Source: an uncultured Candidatus Saccharibacteria bacterium
GTDB lineage: Bacteria > Patescibacteriota > Minisyncoccia > Phycocordibacterales > Zambryskibacteraceae
Assembly (NCBI GenBank): GCA_964618905.1
Contig: CAZUDK010000001.1
Location: 13,982-77,981, forward strand
Reading direction: 5' to 3'
Length of the DNA stretch: 64,000 bases
This document shows positions 9,057-19,485 of the stretch, in pieces (position 1 is the stretch's first letter; each line of letters opens with the position of its first letter). The notes below the pieces were generated by a model, which did not search any database, had not been told where the DNA came from, and saw only the letters and a list, made by a program, of their open reading frames with translations. Position numbers and translations under genes: made by a program.

Positions 9057-11891
9057 CTACGAAAGTACGATATTTATTATCTTGCCGGGCACATAAATAA
9101 CTCTTTCAACATTCTTACCGGAAAGCCATTTGGAAATTTCTGGCAAAACTTTAGCCCTCTGAAACGCTTCTTCTTCGCTTATATCTATAGACGAGTTAAA
9201 CTGCCCGCGCTTTCTGCCATTGACCTGCACCACTATCATAGCCTCGCTTGAGACAAGTTTGGAGCTGTCATATTCAGGCCATTTTTCTTGGTGTATTGAG
9301 CTGTCGTGGCCGAGTTTATTCCAAAGCTCTTCAGCAATATAAGGAGCGAAAGGTGCAAGAAGTTTAAGCAGTATTTCAAACTCTTGGCTTGAGACTTCTT
9401 CCCTCTTATCCATATCATTAACCAAAATCATCAAAGCAGAAACAGCAGTATTAAATCCAAGAACTTCTATATCTTCTGATACTTTCTTTATTGTCTCGTG
9501 CAGAAGCGAAGATTCTTCATTTCCTTCGGAAATCTTCTCGCTGATGCGCCAAATTTTTTCAAGGAAGCGGCGCGGACCGACGAGCGAGTCTTCGCTCCAG
9601 GCGATCGCCTGCTCAAACGGCCCCATGAACATCTCGTACAGGCGAAGGGTGTCCGCGCCGAATCTCTCCACTATATTGTCCGGATTAACCACATTGCCTT
9701 TCGACTTTGACATCTTCTCTCCGCCTTCGGCGAGAATAAGGCCGTGGGAAGTGCGCTTTTTGTATGGCTCGCTTACCGGAACCAAGCCTGAATCAAACAA
9801 AAATTTATTCCAAAAACGCGAATACAAAAGATGCAGAGTAGTATGCTCCATGCCGCCGTTATACCAGTCTACCGGCATCCAATATTCGAGCGCCTTCTCG
9901 GAAGCGAACCTCTTATCATTCTCCGGATCCGTATATCTTAGGAAGTACCAAGAAGAGCCTGCCCATTGGGGCATTACGTCTGTCTCTCTCTTGGCTTCGC
10001 CTCCGCATTTAGGGCAGGTGGTATTCACCCATTCTGTAATATTGGCCAAAGGTGACTCTCCCGTATCTGTAGGCTGATAATTTTCAACCTCGGGCAGCTT
10101 CACTGGCAAATCCTTCTCCGGCACCGGCTGCCAGCCGCACTCAATGCAATGAATCATAGGTATCGGCTCACCCCAATATCTCTGCCTTGAGAATATCCAA
10201 TCTCGGAGTTTAAAGGTTGTCTTCTTCTCTCCACCCGCAAATTTTACGATCTCATCTTTTGCTTCTTCTGAATTCCTGCCATTAAACTTTCCGGAATTTA
10301 CCAGCACTCCCTCGCCTGTGTAAGGACTCTCTCCTTTCTCAAGCCTCTCCAGCCAAATATCCATCTCGGCATGAGTCATGAATTCCATCGTCAGGTCTTT
10401 AAGATCCATCCATATTACCTCGGCAGTAGCATCTTCTTCAGCTGAAAGTTCATCCCTTTCTTCATTCTCAAGATCAAAGCTTACCAGAGTCGTATATGAA
10501 ATCCTGTTTTCATCCTTGTGCGCGGCAAAGTATTCAGCCCTGACTTCTCCGCCTAATATTTTTCCGTTTATTAGATTCTTGTATCCTGTCTCCTCGGCAA
10601 CTTCCCTCCTGGCCGCTTCAAGTACATCTTCGCCCTCTTCAATGCCGCCCATAGGGAAAGTGGTCCAAGGATGTTTCTTCCATCTCAAGACAATAACTTT
10701 GCCATCTTTCGGATTCCGCACTATTACCTGTACATTCTTCCTCTCAACAGCCTTCTTTCCAGCAACAGGCGGATTCCTTTTGTCTACCCTTTCAGGAATC
10801 ACGACTTCTCTTATAGGCAAGCCAAACTTTTGAGCGAACTCATAATCTCTCTCGTCGTGTGCAGGCACGGCCATGATGGCACCAGTGCCGTAGTGTGGCA
10901 GGACATAGTCCGCAATGAATACCGGAATCTCTTCCTTATTCGCTGGGTTTATCGCAGTTACTCCCTCAAGCTTCACACCTGTCTTCTCCTTGGTTTCGCT
11001 TGTGCGCTCTATTTCGGTCTTATTTTTCGCTTCCTTTATGTAGCTCTCTACTTCTTCCTTATTCGTTATTGCCAATTCATCACTTGCAAGCAGCGGATGC
11101 TCCGGTGCAAGCACCACGTAAGTTGCACCGAAGATAGTGTCAGGCCGAGTAGTGAATACTTTTATTTTTTCTTCTGAATCCTTTATCTGGAAATCTATTT
11201 CCGCACCCTCTGACTTTCCTATCCAATTTCTCTGCTGGATTTTAACCCTCTCCGGATAATCTACTTCATCCAAATCTTTAGCTAGACGGTCAGCATACTT
11301 GGTAATTGCCAGCATCCACTGCTCCTTTTCTCTCTTCTCTACCAGTGTTCCGCATCTCTCGCACCTGCCATCTATGACCTCTTCATTGGCAAGAACAATT
11401 TTATCCTTCGGGCACCAGTTCACTAGGCTCTTAGCCTTATATGCCAGGTCTTTCTCAAAAAACTTAAGAAAAATCCACTGAGTCCACTTGTAGTACTTAG
11501 GGTCCGTAGTATTTATTTCTCTCGACCAGTCAAATGAAAGTCCAAGAGATTTAAGCTGGCGGCGGAAGTTGTCGGTATTCTCTTTTGTAACTACTCGCGG
11601 GTCTTTGCCTGTTTTAAGTGCATAATTTTCTGTCGGCAAACCGAAAGCATCCCAACCTATAGGATAAAGAACATTAAAACCTTCCATCCTTCGCTTGCGC
11701 GAGACAATATCTATAGCTGTATAGCTTCTCACGTGTCCGACATGAAGCCCGTCGCCAGACGGATATGGAAATTCTACAAGTGTGTAATACTTTGGCTTTT
11801 TGGAAATCTCTTCGGCTCTATAGATGCCAGTCTCTTCCCATTTTTGCTGCCACTTACTCTCTATTTCTTTCGGGTCGTACTCTTTTGACAT
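9057..11891 (-). CDS. leuS: Leucine--tRNA ligase with internal NUDIX domain
   Basis: PYPSG.GLHVGH, FTTRPDT, GTGAIMAVPAHDERD, KMSKS; NUDIX box GGIEEGEDVLEAARREVAEETGY. Confidence 0.97.
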   Translation of the reverse strand: MSKEYDPKEIESKWQQKWEETGIYRAEEISKKPKYYTLVEFPYPSGDGLHVGHVRSYTAIDIVSRKRRMEGFNVLYPIGWDAFGLPTENYALKTGKDPRVVTKENTDNFRRQLKSLGLSFDWSREINTTDPKYYKWTQWIFLKFFEKDLAYKAKSLVNWCPKDKIVLANEEVIDGRCERCGTLVEKREKEQWMLAITKYADRLAKDLDEVDYPERVKIQQRNWIGKSEGAEIDFQIKDSEEKIKVFTTRPDTIFGATYVVLAPEHPLLASDELAITNKEEVESYIKEAKNKTEIERTSETKEKTGVKLEGVTAINPANKEEIPVFIADYVLPHYGTGAIMAVPAHDERDYEFAQKFGLPIREVVIPERVDKRNPPVAGKKAVERKNVQVIVRNPKDGKVIVLRWKKHPWTTFPMGGIEEGEDVLEAARREVAEETGYKNLINGKILGGEVRAEYFAAHKDENRISYTTLVSFDLENEERDELSAEEDATAEVIWMDLKDLTMEFMTHAEMDIWLERLEKGESPYTGEGVLVNSGKFNGRNSEEAKDEIVKFAGGEKKTTFKLRDWIFSRQRYWGEPIPMIHCIECGWQPVPEKDLPVKLPEVENYQPTDTGESPLANITEWVNTTCPKCGGEAKRETDVMPQWAGSSWYFLRYTDPENDKRFASEKALEYWMPVDWYNGGMEHTTLHLLYSRFWNKFLFDSGLVPVSEPYKKRTSHGLILAEGGEKMSKSKGNVVNPDNIVERFGADTLRLYEMFMGPFEQAIAWSEDSLVGPRRFLEKIWRISEKISEGNEESSLLHETIKKVSEDIEVLGFNTAVSALMILVNDMDKREEVSSQEFEILLKLLAPFAPYIAEELWNKLGHDSSIHQEKWPEYDSSKLVSSEAMIVVQVNGRKRGQFNSSIDISEEEAFQRAKVLPEISKWLSGKNVERVIYVPGKIINIVLS

Positions 11892-11975
11892 TACTCCAAT
11901 ATTATATCTTTACACTGCAAAAACAAAGCGAAGCAAAACTAGCTTAGAAAAAGGGTAACCCGTCTCGAAAAACCC

Positions 11976-12905
11976 TTATTGAGTCCTCACAGGATAAAGC
12001 TGAGGATCGATGGCACGCTGGAAGCAGTAATGTCCGGCTGAGTGATTCCAATTTTCCATCTCTAGACCGCCAGGACCATAAGGCATTCGTGCAACAGGCA
12101 TCTCTCCTTGGCCGGGAGTCTCTCTATTGAAGATGGCGCAAAGCTCAAAAGCCTTTGCTGACTGACCTATAAGAGTATACTCGTAAGCCTCGCCGGTCTC
12201 TGGATCTACAGGAGGCGTAAAGCCGGATATGGAATCAGTCAGCTCACTAAGCTTGCCTGGTATATAACCTTTCTGCTGGTAGAAATTCACGATTTGCCAC
12301 TGAATGTTCTGGAGATCCGAAACGCGTTCCTGGTCATAGCGAATAGCGCGGGCAGTTGCCGGCGAACCAACTACTGCAAAGCCGCAGATAATAGCTGCAA
12401 GGATAAGAATCACAGAACCTATTCTCCACCAATTTCTTTCTTTTGGAGAAATAACATTTCTAACTTCGCGCAAGTAGTAAGCAAAAACTCCTCCTGCTAT
12501 GACGAGAAGTGCAAGAACTTTTAGAATAAAGCCCGTTGTAAACTCTTGCCCGTCGAGGAACATGTATATAACGGTTATCAAGTCGCCTGCGATTATGGCA
12601 CCAGCGATGAAGAGTGTGATATAGGAGAGAAATTTGCGTACTCCAGACTCGCGACGAGATGCATCTTCGGCATAACTTTTCTGCAAAAGCCAAGAAAGAA
12701 GAAGAAAGATAGGAAAAGCCACTATTAGAGTAGCTACCTGCAAGCTGATGGAACTGGAGCCGTAGTAGAGAGCAGTTCGCATTGCCGGAAATGCAACATT
12801 GATAACGCGGAAAACGAGAAAGATAAGCGCTGTGATGCTCGCATAAAAAGCAACTATAGCCCCCACCTGCAAAAAGAAATCCTTAACGGTTATTTTTGTA
12901 GTCAT
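11976..12905 (-). CDS. Multi-pass membrane protein, DUF5671-like
   Basis: Several TM helices, VGSP..AR..RYDQER..DLQ, DPETG..YEY, two C-terminal Cys. Confidence 0.65.
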   Translation of the reverse strand: MTTKITVKDFFLQVGAIVAFYASITALIFLVFRVINVAFPAMRTALYYGSSSISLQVATLIVAFPIFLLLSWLLQKSYAEDASRRESGVRKFLSYITLFIAGAIIAGDLITVIYMFLDGQEFTTGFILKVLALLVIAGGVFAYYLREVRNVISPKERNWWRIGSVILILAAIICGFAVVGSPATARAIRYDQERVSDLQNIQWQIVNFYQQKGYIPGKLSELTDSISGFTPPVDPETGEAYEYTLIGQSAKAFELCAIFNRETPGQGEMPVARMPYGPGGLEMENWNHSAGHYCFQRAIDPQLYPVRTQ

Positions 12906-12912
12906 TCTTTTA

Positions 12913-13734
12913 TTATATTAGAAATTCGATAACATCTCCATCTTGAACAATGTATTCTTTGCCTTCAGTTCGTATCCAGCCTTTCTCGCGCGCGGCCGCG
13001 CGCGAGCCAGCTTCCAAAAACTTGTCGTAGTGAATTACCTCTGCCCGAATAAATTTATCCTGAAAGTCTGAGTGAATAGACTTACCTGCTTCTGGAGCAG
13101 TTGCGCCTCTCTTAGTAGTCCAAGCTCTGCTCTCTTTTTCTCCAGTAGTAAAGAAAGTTATAAGATCGAGAAGTTTATAGGATTCAAGAATCAACTTATC
13201 AAGACCTGTACCGAAAACCGGATCGACTTCTATAAAAGGTCCAGGAATCTTTTCTTTGAATTCCGGTGAAATCTGCCCTGACACTTCCGAGACATTCAGC
13301 ACGTAAAGAGTAGGTTTCTGTATGCCAGCTTTCTCAAGTTCGAGATTAATGATTTCTATGTCGAAGAGTGGATCAACTTTGTTATGTACATGGATGATGT
13401 CAGAGTCTTCAAACGTACGAACCATCATAATGATTGCATCCACCTCTCTTATATGCGAAAGGAATTTATTTCCGAGACCTTCGCCTTCTGCTGCGCCGCG
13501 CACCAAGCCGGCAATATCTACAAACTCAACAACAGCAGGAATTTTCTGCTTTGACTTACTCATGTCAGAGAGCTTATCGAGCCTCTCGTCTGGCACCGGC
13601 ACAATACCAACAGACGGATCTATGGTGCAGAACGGATAGTTCTCCGCCGGCACTTCTTTCTTTGTAAGTGCATTAAAAAGCGTGGACTTCCCCACATTCG
13701 GCAAACCGACGATTCCGACAGTCAATTTAGACAT
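12913..13734 (-). CDS. ychF: Obg-family ATPase YchF, shortened
   Basis: [26 protein letters not shown] domain ending YIVQDGDV; 273 aa. Confidence 0.93.
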   Translation of the reverse strand: MSKLTVGIVGLPNVGKSTLFNALTKKEVPAENYPFCTIDPSVGIVPVPDERLDKLSDMSKSKQKIPAVVEFVDIAGLVRGAAEGEGLGNKFLSHIREVDAIIMMVRTFEDSDIIHVHNKVDPLFDIEIINLELEKAGIQKPTLYVLNVSEVSGQISPEFKEKIPGPFIEVDPVFGTGLDKLILESYKLLDLITFFTTGEKESRAWTTKRGATAPEAGKSIHSDFQDKFIRAEVIHYDKFLEAGSRAAAREKGWIRTEGKEYIVQDGDVIEFLI

Positions 13735-13815
13735 AGGAAATATCTTTACCTAGAAGCATGACAAAATCAATACTTCCGGTTAAAAAACTATTTATTTCAG
13801 AAAAACCTACCTAAG

Positions 13816-16800
13816 TTATCCCGACAATTCCTGCATTTCCAACTCTGAGATTTTTTGCTTCAATTCCACGATCTTCTGCTGTATTTGCAATATTAGCTGC
13901 TGTCTCAATATGTCTGTTGATGTTCCTGTATATACAGGAGATGCGATCGGATGAGTAAGAGAAACCATGTAAGTGGTTGCAGACCAACCAGCAAGACCAT
14001 TATCGAACTTAACTTCTACCCACTGGTAACCGTCTGCAGTTATAGGACCGGAGAGCACTGAACCTTGAACTCCATTTGGAACAACACTTAGCACCTGAGA
14101 TAGCAAGGATGGTCCTGATCTTATATTGAGACCGGAAGTACTTTGAATTCTATCTGAGGCTGAAATTATCGAAGAAGTTGGCGTTTGAGTAACTACTGGA
14201 GTTACAGAAACCGCAGTAGGAGTGTAAGAAGTAGCAGTAGTAGTAAGACCTGACAAGTAAGAAGTTGCAGACCATCCTGTATATCCGTTGCTGTACTGGA
14301 CTTTAACCCAAGTATATCCATCAGCCACAACCGGCTCGCTCGATACAACTGTACCTGTGGAATTTATTGGAGCTACAGCCAATACCGAGGCAGAGAGCGA
14401 AGGCTGAGATCTAACATTCAATGCCGCTAGAGTTTTTACAGTGCCTTGCATAGCTTCTACTGGAGTAAGTTCCTCGAAATCTGAATCATCCAACTTACTC
14501 AGATCAAAATCAGCACCATCTCCATAATCAATACCATAACCGATTCCACCGGAAGAATGAGTGGAAGGATTAGTATCTTCTGTAGGAGCTTCTACCACTT
14601 CGTAGACTGAGAAGCCTGGAACTGTAAATATGAGTGTACCTGAAGTCTTGCTGTAAGAATTTATGGTGCAGTTTGTGCAGAGCTGTCCATCCTTGTATAC
14701 CACCGGATTATCCATATCTATGTCATACATGGTTATAAGAGCCGGCTCATTGAGTTCAGGGAGTTTATCTGACTCAATCGTTATTCTGTTCTTTTCTATA
14801 TGTACATATGAATCAAGATTCAAGCGCTCCCCGTCTCTTACTAGGGATACAGATTCCAGGAATTTTATCTTTCCTTTATTGTTTACACCTAATTCGAAAT
14901 TAACAACATTTTTAAGATCTTTGTCTGAAAGATCAGACTTAATGTTGAATTCATTGGCGATAGGAGGAACACATCCGCTTTGATTTACAGTAGAAACGAG
15001 TGCAGCAGGAGTGCCCGGACATTTATCCTTACCATCATTAACACCGTCATTATCGCTATCACCTTGTGGGAACATAGAAGGCAAAACAACAGTTACAGCT
15101 CTATGGGATGATTTTCCTCCTGCTGATGCATATATCACGACCGTACCGACAGAATGCCCTGTTACCAAACCAGTAGAAGAGACGCTGGCTATAACGCCGT
15201 TAGTTGTAGTCCAATTAATAGGACTGCCTGTAAGGTTTCCAGATGAATCCTTAGCTACAGCACTGAGTTGTATTGTATCACCTGTCTCTACGGTCAGGAA
15301 AGCATCATTCGGCGACATGGATATAGAATCAACAGGACGAGCATTCGAAACATTGAATACCACAGGAGAGGATATCGTAACATTTCCGTATGCATCGCGA
15401 GCAACTGCAGTAATAGTGTGTTGGCCGTTCGTTAAATTGGCTGTGTCATACAAAATCTTGTATGGCGAATGTATTTCTTCGGATCCGGCATTGGAACCAT
15501 CTATCTTGAATCTAACTCCTGCTATTCCTTTATTGTCAGAGGCGGATGCTTTCAATTCTATTGTTCCTGAAACGAAATCGCCTGAAGATATAGATTCCAC
15601 TGATACCTCAGGATATTCATTATCTACTTCTACAGGAGGTGGCGTATTGTTATCTGAGCCTGTAGGTATATCTGTGCCGTAAGCTGCGGCAAGGGTAGCA
15701 GCATTTATATTTAATCTCTTATGAACATCGAAACAAGACTGACCAGGAATGTCGTTAACTCCAGGCACAATAGCTCCGCAAGGGAATGCTCCTGTGCGTA
15801 GGTCCCACAATGGCTGATTTGTCAGCTTTCCATCCACATATCTATATAAGATATTAGCACCTATATCTTCCCCATTCTTTCCTGCGCCTTTAAGCGGAGA
15901 ATCATCTGGTATGTATATAGGTGTAGCTGCAAGTTTAGGATTAACACTGATGTTTCTTCTATAGATTCCGGAAGTATCTGAGATATTCTCTGAAGGTTGT
16001 ACGGAATTATTGTATATATCAGAATTCTCCATCAATGCTTTGTATTTAGGAGTTGAAATAGAGAGAATATTTCCAGAGGTACCCAATACTAATGCGTTTG
16101 TCACCGTAAAGGCACATTCATATCCATCAGGAATGCCTGCACATATCTTGTCTGTACCTTTATCGCTAGGTGCTTCGTTTGCCAGGACAGCCTCAGGTGT
16201 ATTTATGATTGTTACATTTTCTATATGCGTACCGCCGGTTCCTGTAAAACCTGTACCGGCTCGAAGCATAAAAGGATGCTGTGTGCCTATAACCAGATAA
16301 TCCTTATATACGTTTCCATGAGGACATCGCAAACCAAGATCCTCCCCTGTTACATTCACAGGTCTGCAATCGACATAACCTGCAAATACTCCTCCGATAG
16401 ATATATTTCCTAACAGTCTATTGTTATGTCCTCCCGGAAGACCATTAAAGAGCAGATTTGGGCCGGCATGGATCTCTATTCCTCTGTGTTGCTCTCCATC
16501 GAGTATGGAGTTTTCAACTATTACGTTTGAGGCTGGGTAGAGTGCTATGGCCTCATCCGGCGCATTAGGCCTGCCGTTGTTGTACAATCTTCTTATTGTT
16601 ACATATTGTGAACGACTGACACTAAGTCCATGTCTTTGGTAATCATAAATTTCTGAATCTTCAAGGAGAACATACTCACTGTCCAGAATCTTTATAGGGT
16701 GGTCATTAAAGTATCTATTTGGATGAGTAGCTAGAAGTTTCTTAAGTGTAATGTTTGAGCTACGAACCACCTGGAATACGTCTCTCTGCTTACCTCCTGC

Positions 16801-18273
16801 TGCTTCTGTCCTATCAACACTTGAACCTCTCAGACCAATGATATCCCAGTAAGAACAGTGCGACATCTCAAAAGCTTGATGCTCACCTCCATCTGCCGAA
16901 AGAAATGCCCTTCTTTCGCTTTGGGCTATCATGGTGATATGAGCATTTTCAGTACCATTTCTAGCATTAGCAGTACAGTCAATATCCGGCATGCCTGTAG
17001 TTTGCGGAGTATAGATGCCGTTCATTAATACGAGGATATCTCCAGGCCTGAGCTTTGGTATTGCTTTGCTGAAGGTCTTAAGAGGAGACACATCAGTAAG
17101 TCCGGAGTTGGAATCCGAACCGGTTGGAGAAATATAGTAAGCAGACCCAGAAGCATCAGGAATCTGACCAGTTTGATTCTTTGTAGAAATATTTACCTGA
17201 ATGCTTTCTGTGTTGCTTGAAGCTTTCTTTATGTCAGCACTTAAAGTATGCTGCCCGTCAGAAACAGACAGAGAGTCCCAAGTTGCCGTATAAGGAGCGG
17301 ATGTATCAGCAGAGCCAATATTTTTTCCATCTACTTTAAATTGAACACTCTCTACACGATCATTATCTGAAGGATCAACCTCCATTACTATTATGCCGGA
17401 GACCACCTGCCCTGAAACTGGTGAAGAGAACAAACTTACAGAATTTTGTTCAGAAGAATTTCCTGTGTCTGTACCTGCATCTTCATCATTACCTGGAGCT
17501 CTCACAGCAACAGCAGATGCCACCCATGATTGAGTAGCGCTTGTATTTAAAAGTTTCCAAGAGAAAGAAGCGCTTTCTACATTAGAGAACTTTCCTGCAA
17601 GACCCATGATACGCCTGCCGCTGGCAGAGTCTCCATCACCATCTAGTGTCCACAACACATTTTGTTTTCCGGGATTTGAAATTCCTAGATCTCTCTGGAC
17701 TATAAAGTTGCCAATCAAAAGATCAGTGGTGGCAGATGAAAGAGAAAGATTCGCAGTAGAGGTGTTTTGATTTCCTGAAACAGTGTATACCTGTCCGAAA
17801 GAATTATTAAGATTAGCTCCACTGATACTTAACACACCTGCTACAAAAGTAGTGTCCTTAGACACTGCCACATCAACGTTAGCAGTTCCTGTTGGAGGAT
17901 TTTTCAGATACCAAATTTCATTTCCGACGATATTAGATGACTGATTAAGAGGGGTTAGATCAATGCCTGAGTACTTTACGGAATTAATAGTTCCGCTTCT
18001 GTTGCCTAAAAGAACTATTAGTAGTCGATTAGTATCATTATTAGGAACTGTGTGTGGGAAAGAAAACTTATTTCCTATTGTTGAATACCCAGATTCAAAA
18101 GAAGAAGTTGAAGTTATTACAGGTGCAGAAATTTCAGAAGACAGCACATCTAATGTTGCAGCTGTAGGCAGCGCTTCATCATTAAAATTAAAATCTTTGA
18201 TTGCAAAAGAAGCAGTAAATACAACAACCGATATTCCTAAAATTAGAAATAAATTTTTACTTAAGGTACTCAT
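13816..18273 (-). CDS. Large secreted/surface protein: Ig-like domains, right-handed beta-helix, TSP3-like repeat, two SH3b domains
   Basis: N-terminal hydrophobic segment; VESVQFKVDG and IAGVRFKIDG Ig-like repeats; YYISPTGSDSN.G...PLKT; DSDNDGVNDGKDKCP; LNVRSQPS/LNIRSGPS...GW.A..Y. Confidence 0.8.
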   Translation of the reverse strand: MSTLSKNLFLILGISVVVFTASFAIKDFNFNDEALPTAATLDVLSSEISAPVITSTSSFESGYSTIGNKFSFPHTVPNNDTNRLLIVLLGNRSGTINSVKYSGIDLTPLNQSSNIVGNEIWYLKNPPTGTANVDVAVSKDTTFVAGVLSISGANLNNSFGQVYTVSGNQNTSTANLSLSSATTDLLIGNFIVQRDLGISNPGKQNVLWTLDGDGDSASGRRIMGLAGKFSNVESASFSWKLLNTSATQSWVASAVAVRAPGNDEDAGTDTGNSSEQNSVSLFSSPVSGQVVSGIIVMEVDPSDNDRVESVQFKVDGKNIGSADTSAPYTATWDSLSVSDGQHTLSADIKKASSNTESIQVNISTKNQTGQIPDASGSAYYISPTGSDSNSGLTDVSPLKTFSKAIPKLRPGDILVLMNGIYTPQTTGMPDIDCTANARNGTENAHITMIAQSERRAFLSADGGEHQAFEMSHCSYWDIIGLRGSSVDRTEAAGGKQRDVFQVVRSSNITLKKLLATHPNRYFNDHPIKILDSEYVLLEDSEIYDYQRHGLSVSRSQYVTIRRLYNNGRPNAPDEAIALYPASNVIVENSILDGEQHRGIEIHAGPNLLFNGLPGGHNNRLLGNISIGGVFAGYVDCRPVNVTGEDLGLRCPHGNVYKDYLVIGTQHPFMLRAGTGFTGTGGTHIENVTIINTPEAVLANEAPSDKGTDKICAGIPDGYECAFTVTNALVLGTSGNILSISTPKYKALMENSDIYNNSVQPSENISDTSGIYRRNISVNPKLAATPIYIPDDSPLKGAGKNGEDIGANILYRYVDGKLTNQPLWDLRTGAFPCGAIVPGVNDIPGQSCFDVHKRLNINAATLAAAYGTDIPTGSDNNTPPPVEVDNEYPEVSVESISSGDFVSGTIELKASASDNKGIAGVRFKIDGSNAGSEEIHSPYKILYDTANLTNGQHTITAVARDAYGNVTISSPVVFNVSNARPVDSISMSPNDAFLTVETGDTIQLSAVAKDSSGNLTGSPINWTTTNGVIASVSSTGLVTGHSVGTVVIYASAGGKSSHRAVTVVLPSMFPQGDSDNDGVNDGKDKCPGTPAALVSTVNQSGCVPPIANEFNIKSDLSDKDLKNVVNFELGVNNKGKIKFLESVSLVRDGERLNLDSYVHIEKNRITIESDKLPELNEPALITMYDIDMDNPVVYKDGQLCTNCTINSYSKTSGTLIFTVPGFSVYEVVEAPTEDTNPSTHSSGGIGYGIDYGDGADFDLSKLDDSDFEELTPVEAMQGTVKTLAALNVRSQPSLSASVLAVAPINSTGTVVSSEPVVADGYTWVKVQYSNGYTGWSATSYLSGLTTTATSYTPTAVSVTPVVTQTPTSSIISASDRIQSTSGLNIRSGPSLLSQVLSVVPNGVQGSVLSGPITADGYQWVEVKFDNGLAGWSATTYMVSLTHPIASPVYTGTSTDILRQQLILQIQQKIVELKQKISELEMQELSG

Positions 18274-18603
18274 AATTATTTATTTATCTTCTCCTATATG
18301 GAAGTCTTTATACTGCTACTGCTGAGATCACTATTAAAATTGTACATCCAATTTTTTTTGTATATATAAGACTTTTAAGATAGTGTGGATAGCATTTAAA
18401 AATTATGTGCACCCAAATAATTCATACTCGGGTGCACACATTAAATCTTTCAAGATATTAATTTCATTTAATAAAAATAGAGATCCATTATTATGATTTA
18501 AAAATGACTAAATACTTTATAAAGATTAATAAAGATACATTAAATTTAGCCTTGATATATCAATGTTTATATATCTTTTGCTGATAGATTTATTTAATCT
18601 TAA

Positions 18604-19185
18604 TTACTTTGCTTTTCTTCCAAGTTTATAGACTTTTCGCTTGATTCTTTCGCGTCGAGAAACACTTCCCGCATGTTTAAGATATCCGAATTTTTGAACC
18701 ATTATAGGAGAGAATCCTCCAAACCATAATATCCCCCGCTTGAGTTCATTAGTCGTATCTCCAAAGATGATGCGCTGAGCTAAAGGTACAGTATCTGAAG
18801 TAACAAACATTCTTGCGCTTCTGCCTTTAAGAAGTTTCTTCCAACTAAATTCACTGGTGAAGTGGAAAGCAAATCCTGGTATCCAAGTTCTATCAAAAAG
18901 TCCTTTTAGCAAAGCTGGCATTGTCGACCACCAAGATGGATAAAAAATTACGAAGTGATCGCACCAACGTATATTTTCCTGAAAAGAAACCAGACTCGGC
19001 TCAAGTTCCTGCACAAGCCTGTACCCGTGATGAAGTACCGGATCAAAATCCATATCAGCAAGATTCATTCTGCGCACTTGATGACCGACTTCATTTGCAC
19101 CTCTTTCGTAATGGTCAGCTAAAGTATAGTTGAAACTGTCATTATCCGGATGCCCAAGAAGAATAAAAATTTTTTTCTTTTTCAT
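18604..19185 (-). CDS. NAD(P)H dehydrogenase (quinone), flavodoxin-like fold
   Basis: GHP...SFN, FDPVL, YPSWWSTMPALLKGLFDR. Confidence 0.9.
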   Translation of the reverse strand: MKKKKIFILLGHPDNDSFNYTLADHYERGANEVGHQVRRMNLADMDFDPVLHHGYRLVQELEPSLVSFQENIRWCDHFVIFYPSWWSTMPALLKGLFDRTWIPGFAFHFTSEFSWKKLLKGRSARMFVTSDTVPLAQRIIFGDTTNELKRGILWFGGFSPIMVQKFGYLKHAGSVSRRERIKRKVYKLGRKAK

Positions 19186-19189
19186 GAAT

Positions 19190-19420
19190 TTATTTTCTCA
19201 TTAATTTCTGAAGCTCGGCCTGATGCTTGCGCATTACTTCCATAGTGGCAGCTGTCTCACCTTTACCTTCTTTCATCCTCTGCTTAACCTCCTCCCCTAT
19301 CTTCTGAAAGAAATCAGGATTCTTATCTATAAGTTCAAGCATCATATCTTGCTGTGCCTGAGGCATGCCTTTCATTTTGGACTTAAGCATCTGCTTAAGC
19401 ATAAAGTCTTTGATTCCCAT
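19190..19420 (-). CDS. Small helical hypothetical protein
   Basis: 76-aa Met/Lys-rich ORF 4 nt upstream of next gene. Confidence 0.7.
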   Translation of the reverse strand: MGIKDFMLKQMLKSKMKGMPQAQQDMMLELIDKNPDFFQKIGEEVKQRMKEGKGETAATMEVMRKHQAELQKLMRK

Positions 19421-19456
19421 AACTTGAAATTATACGCTATGAATAATATAAGGCAA

Positions 19457-19480
19457 AACCCCGCACATGCGTGCGGGGTT
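19457..19480. terminator. GC hairpin, probable terminator
   Basis: AACCCCGCAC-ATGC-GTGCGGGGTT. Confidence 0.6.
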
Positions 19481-19485
19481 GTTCA

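Noticed and set aside
11959-11968. CCCGTCTCGA, matching the left arm of the 39-bp element
   Set aside because: Only 10 bp with no right arm; could be a remnant or chance.
12985-13006. Perfect 22-bp palindrome CTCGCGCGCGGCCGCGCGCGAG in ychF
   Set aside because: Encodes SRAAARE in a normal-length YchF segment, so there is no sign of insertion.
14663-16413. Long antisense ORFs here and opposite leuS, hsdR, uvrA and others
   Set aside because: Shadows of well-supported genes with no recognisable motifs.
18280-18600. AT-rich region as replication origin
   Set aside because: Only one imperfect DnaA box and no dnaA/dnaN context. The perfect boxes at 29738 and 40441 are isolated.
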